55,974 nucleotides of DNA from an uncultured Bacteroidaceae bacterium. GTDB taxonomy: Bacteria; Bacillota; Clostridia; Christensenellales; CAG-917. Shown piece by piece: positions 48,186-55,974 of the stretch (positions are counted from its first letter, which is position 1; the number at the start of each line of letters is the position of its first letter). The notes beneath the pieces were generated by a model. The model searched no databases, was not told where the DNA came from, and worked only from the letters and a program-made list of their open reading frames with translations. A program made the translations under genes and the position numbers. The stretch spans positions 1 to 55,974 of the forward strand of contig CAZSAC010000004.1 of NCBI GenBank assembly GCA_964604875.1, read 5' to 3'.

Positions 48186-48458
48186 ATGGAAAATACAGTT
48201 AATGAAGCAAGAAATCTTCGTAAAAATAGAATTGGCGTCGTAGTGTCCGACAAAATGGATAAAACCATTGTTGTAGCTATCGAGCAAAGAGTTAAACATC
48301 CTCTCTATAAGAAGATTATCAAAAGGACGAAAAAATTCAAGGTTCACGATGAAAACAACGAATGTGGCATCGGCGATAAAGTTTTAATCGCAGAAACACG
48401 TCACCTTAGCAAAGATAAATGCTGGCGTTTGGTTGAAATCATCAAGAAAGCCGACTAA
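48186..48458 (+). CDS. rpsQ: 30S ribosomal protein S17
   Basis: [21 protein letters not shown] motifs. Confidence 0.99.
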   Translation: MENTVNEARNLRKNRIGVVVSDKMDKTIVVAIEQRVKHPLYKKIIKRTKKFKVHDENNECGIGDKVLIAETRHLSKDKCWRLVEIIKKAD

Positions 48459-48476
48459 TACAGGAGGAACCGATAA

Positions 48477-48845
48477 ATGGTACAACCACAAAGTAGATTA
48501 AAAGTTGCCGATAACAGCGGCGCAAAAGAAATAATGTGTATTAGGGTGCTGGGCGGTTCTTTCAGAAGGAGCGGAAATATCGGTGATGTTATCGTTGCTT
48601 CCGTTAAAAGCGCAACCCCCGGTGGCACAGTAAAAAAAGGCGATGTCATCAGAGCCGTCATCGTGAGAAGTCACAAGGGAATCCGTCGTCCCGACGGCAG
48701 CCACATTAAGTTTGACGATAACGCAGCCGTTATCATCGACAATCAAAAACAACCTAAGGGCACGCGTATCTTCGGGCCTGTTGCAAGGGAACTTCGCGAG
48801 AAGGATTATATGAAAATCATATCGCTTGCTCCCGAAGTGCTATAA
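48477..48845 (+). CDS. rplN: 50S ribosomal protein L14
   Basis: [22 protein letters not shown] motifs. Confidence 0.99.
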   Translation: MVQPQSRLKVADNSGAKEIMCIRVLGGSFRRSGNIGDVIVASVKSATPGGTVKKGDVIRAVIVRSHKGIRRPDGSHIKFDDNAAVIIDNQKQPKGTRIFGPVARELREKDYMKIISLAPEVL

Positions 48846-48857
48846 GGAGAAACCACT

Positions 48858-49262
48858 ATGGCTAAAATAAATGTAAAAAAAGGCGATAACGTTATGATTA
48901 TTGCCGGAAAAGATAAGGGCAAAGCCGGCGAAATTTTGGCAGTATACCCCGATAGTGGACGTATCGTTGTTTCGGGCGCAAACGAGGTTTCTAAACACGT
49001 TAAACCCCGCAAAGCCCAAGAGAAAGGCGGTATCATCAAGAAAGAAGGCACTATCGACAGTAGTAACGTTATGCACATCTGTCCTTCCTGTAACGAGGTA
49101 GTTCGTGCTAGACATACGGAGACCGAGGTTGAAGGTAAACTTCAAAAAATCCGTGTTTGCGCTAAGTGTGGCGCCAGCTTAGAAGAAAAGAAAGTTTCTG
49201 CTAAGAAAGCCGCCAAAAAAGTTGCAAAAAAATCCACTGCGAAAGCGAAAAAAGCTGAATAG
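48858..49262 (+). CDS. rplX: 50S ribosomal protein L24
   Basis: KOW motif VKKGDNV..IAGKDKG; CPSC...CAKC; Lys/Ala tail. Confidence 0.98.
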   Translation: MAKINVKKGDNVMIIAGKDKGKAGEILAVYPDSGRIVVSGANEVSKHVKPRKAQEKGGIIKKEGTIDSSNVMHICPSCNEVVRARHTETEVEGKLQKIRVCAKCGASLEEKKVSAKKAAKKVAKKSTAKAKKAE

Positions 49263-49277
49263 GCTGGAGGAATAAAT

Positions 49278-49871
49278 ATGGCAGAAAAAAAGAATCAGGT
49301 TGCTAAAGCAGCTGCAACCGATAAAGAAATGAACGAGCTTAAGGCTTTTTATAAAGAAACCGTAGTTCCCGCGCTTGTTAAGCATTTCGGATATGAAAAC
49401 ATCAATCAAGTTCCAAAGCTTGAGAAGATTGTTTTGAATATGGGCTTAGGCGATGTCAGAGACAACGCAAAAAGTATGCAACTTGCCGTTGACGAACTGA
49501 AACTTATCGCAGGTCAAAAACCTGTCGTAACAAAGGCAAAGAAAAGCGTTGCAAACTTTAAAGTCAGAGAAGGCATGAACGTTGGCGCAAAGGTTACCTT
49601 GCGCGGCAACAGAATGTATGACTTCTTCACAAAGCTTATTTCAATAGCTTTACCCCGCGTACGTGACTTCAAGGGCGTTTCTACAAAGTCTTTCGACGGT
49701 CGTGGAAACTATGCCTTAGGCGTTAAGGAACAACTTATTTTCCCTGAAATTTCCTACGAGCAAGTAGAAAAAATCAGAGGTTTTGATATTTGTATTGTTA
49801 CAACCGCCAACACCGACGAGGAAGCTAAGGAACTTCTAAAGCAAATGGGCTTGCCCTTTGCCAAGAACTAG
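49278..49871 (+). CDS. rplE: 50S ribosomal protein L5
   Basis: [25 protein letters not shown] motifs. Confidence 0.99.
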   Translation: MAEKKNQVAKAAATDKEMNELKAFYKETVVPALVKHFGYENINQVPKLEKIVLNMGLGDVRDNAKSMQLAVDELKLIAGQKPVVTKAKKSVANFKVREGMNVGAKVTLRGNRMYDFFTKLISIALPRVRDFKGVSTKSFDGRGNYALGVKEQLIFPEISYEQVEKIRGFDICIVTTANTDEEAKELLKQMGLPFAKN

Positions 49872-49884
49872 GAGGATTTGAACA

Positions 49885-50070
49885 ATGGCTAAAAAATCAA
49901 TGATAATCAAACAACAAAGACCTGCTAAATTCTCCACAAGAGAATATACCCGCTGCTCCATTTGCGGCAGACCACACGCAGTCTTGAGAAAATACGGCAT
50001 TTGCAGAATTTGTTTCCGTGAATTGGCTTACAAAGGTCAAATTCCCGGCGTCAAAAAGGCAAGCTGGTAA
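49885..50070 (+). CDS. rpsN: 30S ribosomal protein S14, Zn-binding type Z
   Basis: 61 aa; CSIC...CRIC; KASW. Confidence 0.99.
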   Translation: MAKKSMIIKQQRPAKFSTREYTRCSICGRPHAVLRKYGICRICFRELAYKGQIPGVKKASW

Positions 50071-50084
50071 AGGGAGGAACGAAT

Positions 50085-50486
50085 ATGTCAATGACAACTG
50101 ACCCTATCGCCGATATGCTTACCCGTATCCGTAACGGATTGCAGGCGAAACATGCTACTGTTGAAATTCCCTATTCCAAAATCAAAGTTGCAATTGCAGA
50201 GATTTTGAAAAAGGAAGGCTATATTTCGGATTTTGAAATAATCGAATCCGAGGTTCAGGGCACAATTAAAGTAACACTTAAGTATGCTGGAAAAAACAAA
50301 AAGGTTATTACCGGTTTAAAGCGCATAAGCAAACCCGGTCTCCGCGTTTATGCCAGCAATGACAAAATCCCCTCTGTATTGAATGGAATGGGCATCGCTA
50401 TTCTTTCAACTTCACAGGGTGTTATGACTGATAAGCAAGCTCGTCAAGCCAACTGTGGCGGCGAAGTTTTAGCTTATATCTGGTAG
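50085..50486 (+). CDS. rpsH: 30S ribosomal protein S8
   Basis: [24 protein letters not shown] motifs. Confidence 0.99.
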   Translation: MSMTTDPIADMLTRIRNGLQAKHATVEIPYSKIKVAIAEILKKEGYISDFEIIESEVQGTIKVTLKYAGKNKKVITGLKRISKPGLRVYASNDKIPSVLNGMGIAILSTSQGVMTDKQARQANCGGEVLAYIW

Positions 50487-50496
50487 GAGGTATAAT

Positions 50497-51048
50497 ATGT
50501 CACGAATTGGCAGACTTCCTGTTGCTATACCCGCGGGCGTTACGGTTACCATCGATGAAAAAGGCGTTACCGTTAAAGGGCCTTTGGGCACGCTAAACCA
50601 GGAAATAAACAGTCTAATTACAGTTAAAAATGAGGACAACCACATTGTTCTGACTCGCGCAAACGAGGAAAAACCAACCAAGGCATTACACGGATTATAC
50701 CGTGCGTTAATCGCCAATATGGTAGAGGGCGTTACCAAAGGCTTTACCAAGTCGCTTTTAATCAGCGGCGTAGGTATCAAGGTTGCTCTTAACGGCGCAA
50801 AACTTGTTATGAATATCGGCTTTTCGCATCCTGTTGAAGTTGAACAACCAAAGGGTATTACCTTTGAAGTTGTAAACACAACACCCAACAAGGTTGAAAT
50901 TGCCGTTAAAGGTATCGATAAATTTGCCGTTGGACAAATTGCCGCAACCATCAAAGCGATTAAAAAAGTTGAGCCTTATCACGGCTACGGTATTCAATAT
51001 AAAGATGAAATCGTTGTCCGCAAAGAAGGCAAAACTGCCGGTAAATAA
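50497..51048 (+). CDS. rplF: 50S ribosomal protein L6
   Basis: MSRIGR, VKGPLG, GFSHPV, EPY motifs. Confidence 0.99.
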   Translation: MSRIGRLPVAIPAGVTVTIDEKGVTVKGPLGTLNQEINSLITVKNEDNHIVLTRANEEKPTKALHGLYRALIANMVEGVTKGFTKSLLISGVGIKVALNGAKLVMNIGFSHPVEVEQPKGITFEVVNTTPNKVEIAVKGIDKFAVGQIAATIKAIKKVEPYHGYGIQYKDEIVVRKEGKTAGK

Positions 51049-51064
51049 AGGAGCGTGAAATTCT

Positions 51065-51433
51065 ATGATTACTAAAAAAGATAAAAATCTAGACAGGCTT
51101 GCTAGGCACGCCAGAGTTAGAAAAAAGGTAAGCGGCACAGCTGAAAGACCACGCTTTTGCGTTTATAGAAGCAATGCAAACATTTACGTTCAAGTTATTG
51201 ACGACGTAGTCGGAAAAACTCTCGCCGCAGCATCCACGCTTGAAAAGGAAATTGCTTCCAAAATCAAAGCTATGGACAAGTGCGCCGCAGCAGAAGTGGT
51301 GGGCGAAACCGCCGCTAAAAGAGCTATTGAAGCGGGCGTTACCGAAGTCGTTTTCGACCGTGGCGGATACATTTATACCGGACGCGTTGCCAGTATTGCA
51401 GACGGCGCAAGAAAAGCCGGCTTGAAGTTCTAA
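51065..51433 (+). CDS. rplR: 50S ribosomal protein L18
   Basis: [19 protein letters not shown] motifs. Confidence 0.99.
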   Translation: MITKKDKNLDRLARHARVRKKVSGTAERPRFCVYRSNANIYVQVIDDVVGKTLAAASTLEKEIASKIKAMDKCAAAEVVGETAAKRAIEAGVTEVVFDRGGYIYTGRVASIADGARKAGLKF

Positions 51434-51444
51434 GGAGGTAGATT

Positions 51445-51978
51445 ATGGCAGAAAGAAATGAAAAGTTCAACAGAAACAGAGAAAAGCGTGAAGAAACTAC
51501 CCCTCATAAGCTTATAGCAATCAATCGTGTTACCAAGGTTGTTAAGGGTGGTCGTAATATGCGATTCACAGCGCTTGTTGTAGTCGGCGACGAAAAAGGC
51601 TCGGTTGGTATGGGCACAGGCAAAGCCGCTGAAGTTCCCGAGGCTATCAAAAAAGCTATCGAGTCTGCAAAGCGTGATATGACTAAAATTGCAATGGTTG
51701 GCACGTCTATTCCTCACCGCGCAGAAGGTATCTACAGCAGAGGCAAGGTTTTACTTATCCCCGCTGAAGAAGGAACCGGTGTTATCGCAGGCGGTCCCGT
51801 CCGTGCGGTACTTGAAATGTGTGGTATCAGAGATATTCGTACAAAATCTATAGGTACAAATACTCCAATCAACTGCGTACGCGCTACTATTAATGGCTTG
51901 CGTCAACTCCGTACCGCCGAAGAAGTGCTTGAGGTTAGAAACCTAGGCAAAAAAGACGGCGAGAAGGTTGAACTTTAA
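51445..51978 (+). CDS. rpsE: 30S ribosomal protein S5
   Basis: [18 protein letters not shown] motifs. Confidence 0.99.
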   Translation: MAERNEKFNRNREKREETTPHKLIAINRVTKVVKGGRNMRFTALVVVGDEKGSVGMGTGKAAEVPEAIKKAIESAKRDMTKIAMVGTSIPHRAEGIYSRGKVLLIPAEEGTGVIAGGPVRAVLEMCGIRDIRTKSIGTNTPINCVRATINGLRQLRTAEEVLEVRNLGKKDGEKVEL

Positions 51979-51990
51979 CAGGAGGACAAA

Positions 51991-52188
51991 ATGAAAAAAG
52001 AAACGTCTGTTAAGGAAGTAAAAGTTACGCTGGTGAAAAGCACTATTTCATGCGTAGAAAAACAAAAAGCAACCGTTGAGGCTTTAGGGCTTAACAAAAT
52101 CGGCTCATCCAGAGTTCATAAGGACACTCCCGTTTTGCAAGGTATGCTTAAAGTTGTTTCCCACCTTGTCAAGGTTGAGGAAATCTAA
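51991..52188 (+). CDS. rpmD: 50S ribosomal protein L30
   Basis: [19 protein letters not shown] motifs. Confidence 0.97.
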   Translation: MKKETSVKEVKVTLVKSTISCVEKQKATVEALGLNKIGSSRVHKDTPVLQGMLKVVSHLVKVEEI

Positions 52189-52208
52189 TTATCGGAGGTT
52201 ACACAACT

Positions 52209-52652
52209 ATGAAACTACACACTTTACAACCCGCCGAAGGTGCGGTTAAAGATGTAAAAAGACTGGGTCGCGGTATCGGCTCGGGTACAGGCAAAACCTC
52301 GGGTAAAGGCCACAAAGGTCAATGGGCTCGTAGCGGTGGCGGTGTTCGCCCCGGTTTTGAAGGCGGTCAAATGCCTTTAACCCGTCGTTTACCAAAACGT
52401 GGTTTTAACAACAACTTCAAAAAAGTTTACTCGGTTGTCAATGTTGGCGACTTGGAAAAATTCGAGGCTAATACAGTGGTTGACATCGAAATGCTCTGGG
52501 AAGAGCGCGTTGTCGGAAAAATTGAAGCATACGGCTTAAAGGTTCTAGGCGGTGGCGAGCTTACAAAGGCTCTTACCGTTAAGGCAAACAAATTCACTAA
52601 ATCGGCTATCGATGCAATTGAAAAGGTAGGCGGTAAAGCAGAGGTGCTGTAA
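52209..52652 (+). CDS. rplO: 50S ribosomal protein L15
   Basis: [21 protein letters not shown] motifs. Confidence 0.99.
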   Translation: MKLHTLQPAEGAVKDVKRLGRGIGSGTGKTSGKGHKGQWARSGGGVRPGFEGGQMPLTRRLPKRGFNNNFKKVYSVVNVGDLEKFEANTVVDIEMLWEERVVGKIEAYGLKVLGGGELTKALTVKANKFTKSAIDAIEKVGGKAEVL

Positions 52653-53959
52653 TGTTTGAAACATTAAAAAATGCTTTTACTACGAAAGAAATACGCCGTA
52701 AAATATGGGCTACAATAGCTTTGCTATTGGTGTACCGTATTGGCTGTTTCGTTCCCGTACCTGGCATTGATGTACGTAATGTCGCAAGTATTATCGAGCA
52801 GAACGAACTTCTAAACGTTATAAGTGCGATTACAGGTGGTACGCTTTCTCAAGGGACGTTATTCTCTTTGGGAATTCTGCCATTTATTAACGCATTTATC
52901 ATAATGCAGCTTTTGACTCTTATCATACCGGCATTGGAAAGGCTTTCCAAAGAAGGTGTTGACGGACGCAAAAAGCTCACACAAATCACAAGATATTTTG
53001 CAATCGTATTAGGTATTGTGCAAGCAATCGGCATTTCCCTTTCTTGGAAGTCGGTTATTAACCCGATTTACGGAATGGAAAGCAACTGGCTTACCATATG
53101 TTACGTAGTAGTTATGTTGGTAGGCGGTAGTATAATGGTAATGTGGCTAGGCGAAAGAATCACAGAATACGGCATCGGAAACGGTACCTCTTTGATAATC
53201 TTTGTTGGCATCTTATCAACAGCCGGTTCAGGTTTGCTAAACGCATTCAAAACCGTTGGCACAAACCCCACAAACTTATTGAACATTCTTGGCTTTTTGG
53301 TGGTAGTATTGATTATCTTTGCATTCATAGTATTTATGGACGCAGGCGAAAGAAAAATTACCGTTCAATATGCAAAACAAGTTAAGGGCAATAAAATGTA
53401 TGGCGGTCAAACCACACATATTCCGATAAAAGTTAACGCATCAGGCGTTATGCCAATAATCTTTGCTTCAGCGTTTATTATGTTCCCTTCAATGATTATC
53501 GGTTTATTCGGAAAGAGTGAAAGCGCATTTGCAATTTGGTGGGGCAACTATATGATGCCACAAGGCGCAAGTTGGGTAGGCGATGTAGTTTATTATGTAT
53601 TGACGGTTGTTTTGATTATCTTCTTTGCATATTTCTACGCTCAAATCCAATTTAACCCTGAAGATATTTCAAAAAATATCCAGCAAAACGGCGGGTTCTT
53701 ACCCGGTATAAGACCAGGTAAACCGACTTCGGATTACTTAAGTCGTATCAATAACCGTTTGACGTTGTTCGGCGCAATATTCCTTGCGATTATCGCTGTT
53801 ATTCCTACCTTCCTATTCCAATGGATTGGCGAAGACATCGGAATGTCCAGCGCATTCTCCGCAACGGGACTGTTGATTGTTGTATCGGTTGCTTTGGAAT
53901 TTGACAAACAGCTCCAACAACAAATTATGATGCGTCACTATAAAGGATTTTTGAAATAG
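52652..53959 (+). CDS. secY: Preprotein translocase SecY
   Basis: 10 TMs; LGILPFI, WLGERIT, GVMPIIFA, PGIRPG motifs. Confidence 0.99.
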   Translation: MFETLKNAFTTKEIRRKIWATIALLLVYRIGCFVPVPGIDVRNVASIIEQNELLNVISAITGGTLSQGTLFSLGILPFINAFIIMQLLTLIIPALERLSKEGVDGRKKLTQITRYFAIVLGIVQAIGISLSWKSVINPIYGMESNWLTICYVVVMLVGGSIMVMWLGERITEYGIGNGTSLIIFVGILSTAGSGLLNAFKTVGTNPTNLLNILGFLVVVLIIFAFIVFMDAGERKITVQYAKQVKGNKMYGGQTTHIPIKVNASGVMPIIFASAFIMFPSMIIGLFGKSESAFAIWWGNYMMPQGASWVGDVVYYVLTVVLIIFFAYFYAQIQFNPEDISKNIQQNGGFLPGIRPGKPTSDYLSRINNRLTLFGAIFLAIIAVIPTFLFQWIGEDIGMSSAFSATGLLIVVSVALEFDKQLQQQIMMRHYKGFLK

Positions 53960-53967
53960 GAGTTTAT

Positions 53968-54591
53968 ATGAAAATTATTCTTTTAGGCGCGCCCGGAGCA
54001 GGAAAAGGTTCGCAGGCGGCAATGATTACAAAGGAGTACGGTATCCCTCAAATTTCCACAGGCGATATCTTTAGAAGAAACATCAAAGAAGGCACTCCTT
54101 TGGGAAAACTTGCAAAAAGCTATATCGACGCAGGCAAACTGGTGCCCGACCAAGTCGTAATTGATTTAGTCGCTGACAGATTTGCTCAGCCCGACGCGCA
54201 AAAAGGATTTATTTTAGACGGGTTTCCAAGGACAATTCCTCAAGCAGAGGCGTTGGACAAGGTTACAAAAATCGATATGGCAATCAATATCGACGTACCT
54301 TTTGAGATTATCGAAGAAAGACTGACAGGAAGAAGGGTTTGTATCTGCGGGGCAACATATCATACCTCTACTTTAGCGGGAAAGGGTACTTGTCAAGCCT
54401 GCGGCGAAAAACTTTTTATCAGAGACGACGATAAGCTTGAAACCGTAAAAGAAAGATTGCGCGTATATAACGAACAAACCGCTCCTTTAATTGATTATTA
54501 TAAAGCAAACGGTCTGTTGGTCGACATAAAAGGAAAAAGCACGGTTGAAGAGACTTTTGAAGAAGTCAAAGAGGTTTTGAAAGCCTTATGA
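53968..54591 (+). CDS. adk: Adenylate kinase
   Basis: GAPGAGKG, ISTGDIFR, LDGFPRT motifs; Cys-containing LID. Confidence 0.98.
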   Translation: MKIILLGAPGAGKGSQAAMITKEYGIPQISTGDIFRRNIKEGTPLGKLAKSYIDAGKLVPDQVVIDLVADRFAQPDAQKGFILDGFPRTIPQAEALDKVTKIDMAINIDVPFEIIEERLTGRRVCICGATYHTSTLAGKGTCQACGEKLFIRDDDKLETVKERLRVYNEQTAPLIDYYKANGLLVDIKGKSTVEETFEEVKEVLKAL

Positions 54592-55331
54592 TTTATTTAA
54601 AAAATTCTGCAGAAATCGCAAAAATGCGGGTCGCAGGCAAAATCGTAAAAGATGCGTTGGAACTTGTTCGTGAGAACATCAGGGTAGGCGTATCAACCTT
54701 GGAACTTGACAAGCTGGCATATGATTTTATAATAAAAAGTGGCGCAAAACCCAGTTTTTTAAACTATAACGGGTTTCCCGCAACTATCTGCGCATCGGTC
54801 AACGAGGTTGTTGTGCACGGTTTCCCAAGCGAGTATCTTTTGAGAGACGGCGATATAATCAGCGTAGATATGGGCGCAATGATAGACGGTTTCCATGGTG
54901 ACGCGGCTAGGACTTTCGAGGTTGGAACAGTTGCTGAAGAAGTCAAAAACTTAGTTCGTGTTACGGAGGAATGCTTTTTTAAAGGCATTGCGGAATTTAA
55001 AGAAGGAAATCGCTTAAGCGATATTTCCAAAGCCATACAAGCTCACGCAGAGGGGCACGGCTATGGCGTAGTAAGAGAAATGTGCGGTCACGGCATAGGG
55101 CGTGAAATGCACGAAGACCCGGAAGTTGTAAATTTCTATACCGGACGACGAGGAGTCAGGCTGGAAAAGGGAATGGCGTTGGCGATAGAGCCGATGATTA
55201 ATCTGGGGACGGCGAACGTTTTTCTTGACGAAAACGGCTGGTCGGTAGTGACTGCGGATAGAAAACCTTCCGCGCATTACGAAAACACGACGGTTTTGAC
55301 TGAAAACGGCGTAGAAATATTGACATTATAA
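54588..55331 (+). CDS. map: Type I methionine aminopeptidase
   Basis: SVNEVVVHG, GDAART, GHGIG, AIEPM, SAHYE motifs. Confidence 0.98.
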   Translation: MIYLKNSAEIAKMRVAGKIVKDALELVRENIRVGVSTLELDKLAYDFIIKSGAKPSFLNYNGFPATICASVNEVVVHGFPSEYLLRDGDIISVDMGAMIDGFHGDAARTFEVGTVAEEVKNLVRVTEECFFKGIAEFKEGNRLSDISKAIQAHAEGHGYGVVREMCGHGIGREMHEDPEVVNFYTGRRGVRLEKGMALAIEPMINLGTANVFLDENGWSVVTADRKPSAHYENTTVLTENGVEILTL

Positions 55332-55348
55332 AAAAATTAAGGTATATT

Positions 55349-55630
55349 ATGAAAATCGGTGTTGGTAGCGTTGTGCTTTCCATTGCGGGCAGAGATAAGG
55401 GTAGATACTTCACGGTTATCGAAGTTGTCTCTGATAGTTATGTTAAGATTGCCGACGGGGAGTTAAGAACCCAGGAGCGCGCTAAACTAAAGAAAATAAA
55501 GCACCTTAAGGCAAACGGCGACATATTAAGCAAGATTGCCGAAAAAATCACAACGCAAAAACAAGTGTTCGATGCGGAAATCCGTAGCGCACTGCGCGTT
55601 TATAACGACAAAAATAAGGAGGAGCAATAG
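55349..55630 (+). CDS. KOW-domain RNA-binding protein (L14e-like)
   Basis: [22 protein letters not shown] motifs; usual map-infA position. Confidence 0.9.
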   Translation: MKIGVGSVVLSIAGRDKGRYFTVIEVVSDSYVKIADGELRTQERAKLKKIKHLKANGDILSKIAEKITTQKQVFDAEIRSALRVYNDKNKEEQ

Positions 55631-55851
55631 TGGCAAAAGACGATGTAATCGAAGCCGAAGGCAAGGTAATTGAGGTTTTACCTAATGCAAACTTTAAAGT
55701 TCAGTTGCCAAACGGTCACATAGTTACGGCGTACTTGTCGGGGAAACTCAGAATGCATTATATTCGTATTCTTGAGGGCGACAAGGTGACTATTGAAATG
55801 AGTCCTTATGACTTAACAAAGGGTAGAATTACCTGGCGTAGTAAAAATTAG
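55630..55851 (+). CDS. infA: Translation initiation factor IF-1
   Basis: [21 protein letters not shown] motifs; GTG start. Confidence 0.99.
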   Translation: MAKDDVIEAEGKVIEVLPNANFKVQLPNGHIVTAYLSGKLRMHYIRILEGDKVTIEMSPYDLTKGRITWRSKN

Positions 55852-55867
55852 AAAACGGAGGTTTTTT

Positions 55868-55974
55868 ATGAAAGTTAGACCATCAGTAAAACCTATGTGC
55901 GACAAGTGCAAAGTTATCAAAAGAAACGGAAAAGTTATGGTTATTTGTTCCAAATATAAAAACCATAAGCAAAG
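55868..55974 (+). CDS. rpmJ: 50S ribosomal protein L36 (runs off the window end)
   Basis: Manual translation [35 protein letters not shown]; GGAGG RBS. Confidence 0.95.
   Translation, partial: MKVRPSVKPMCDKCKVIKRNGKVMVICSKYKNHKQ

Noticed and set aside
43395-55413. Many antisense and alternate-frame ORFs over the r-protein operon (also over nifJ, spoIIE and cca)
   Set aside because: Shadows of conserved genes with biased codon usage; no independent signals

Overview
Core-chromosome window, with nearly all genes on the + strand, from a spore-forming Clostridia-class Firmicute. The S10/spc operons, spoIIE-tilS-hpt, a gerA/B/C operon and a single-chain PFOR support this assignment; finer taxonomy cannot be fixed from the sequence. 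Contents in order: two exported proteins sharing an unusual leader (one a Gly-rich repeat protein); glycolipid synthase plus acyltransferase; germinant-receptor operon; a degenerate alpha/beta-hydrolase with lepB; spoIIE-tilS-hpt-cca-rmuC-PHP; VanW protein; an intergenic DnaA-box cluster; pgm-GNAT-bioY; tRNA-Pro(CGG); a short guaA with a dead glutaminase domain; MFS permease; a ComEC-like/pseudo-shikimate-kinase/ProB-like/lipoprotein operon; nifJ; ecfA1A2T-truA-rplM-rpsI; an SDR-TetR-SDR cluster; two small minus-strand genes with full expression signals (one absent from the ORF track, with a sigmaG-type promoter); then the S10 leader and rpsJ through rpmJ (partial). I saw no mobile element, prophage, rRNA or CRISPR. 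The best leads are the two microprotein genes, the DnaA-box cluster, the SDR-zinc-ribbon cluster, and several proteins missing canonical catalytic or anchoring residues (GuaA GATase, GerC lipobox, SpoIIE Asp, shikimate-kinase P-loop, hydrolase Ser). All calls come from reading motifs by eye; no database searches were run.
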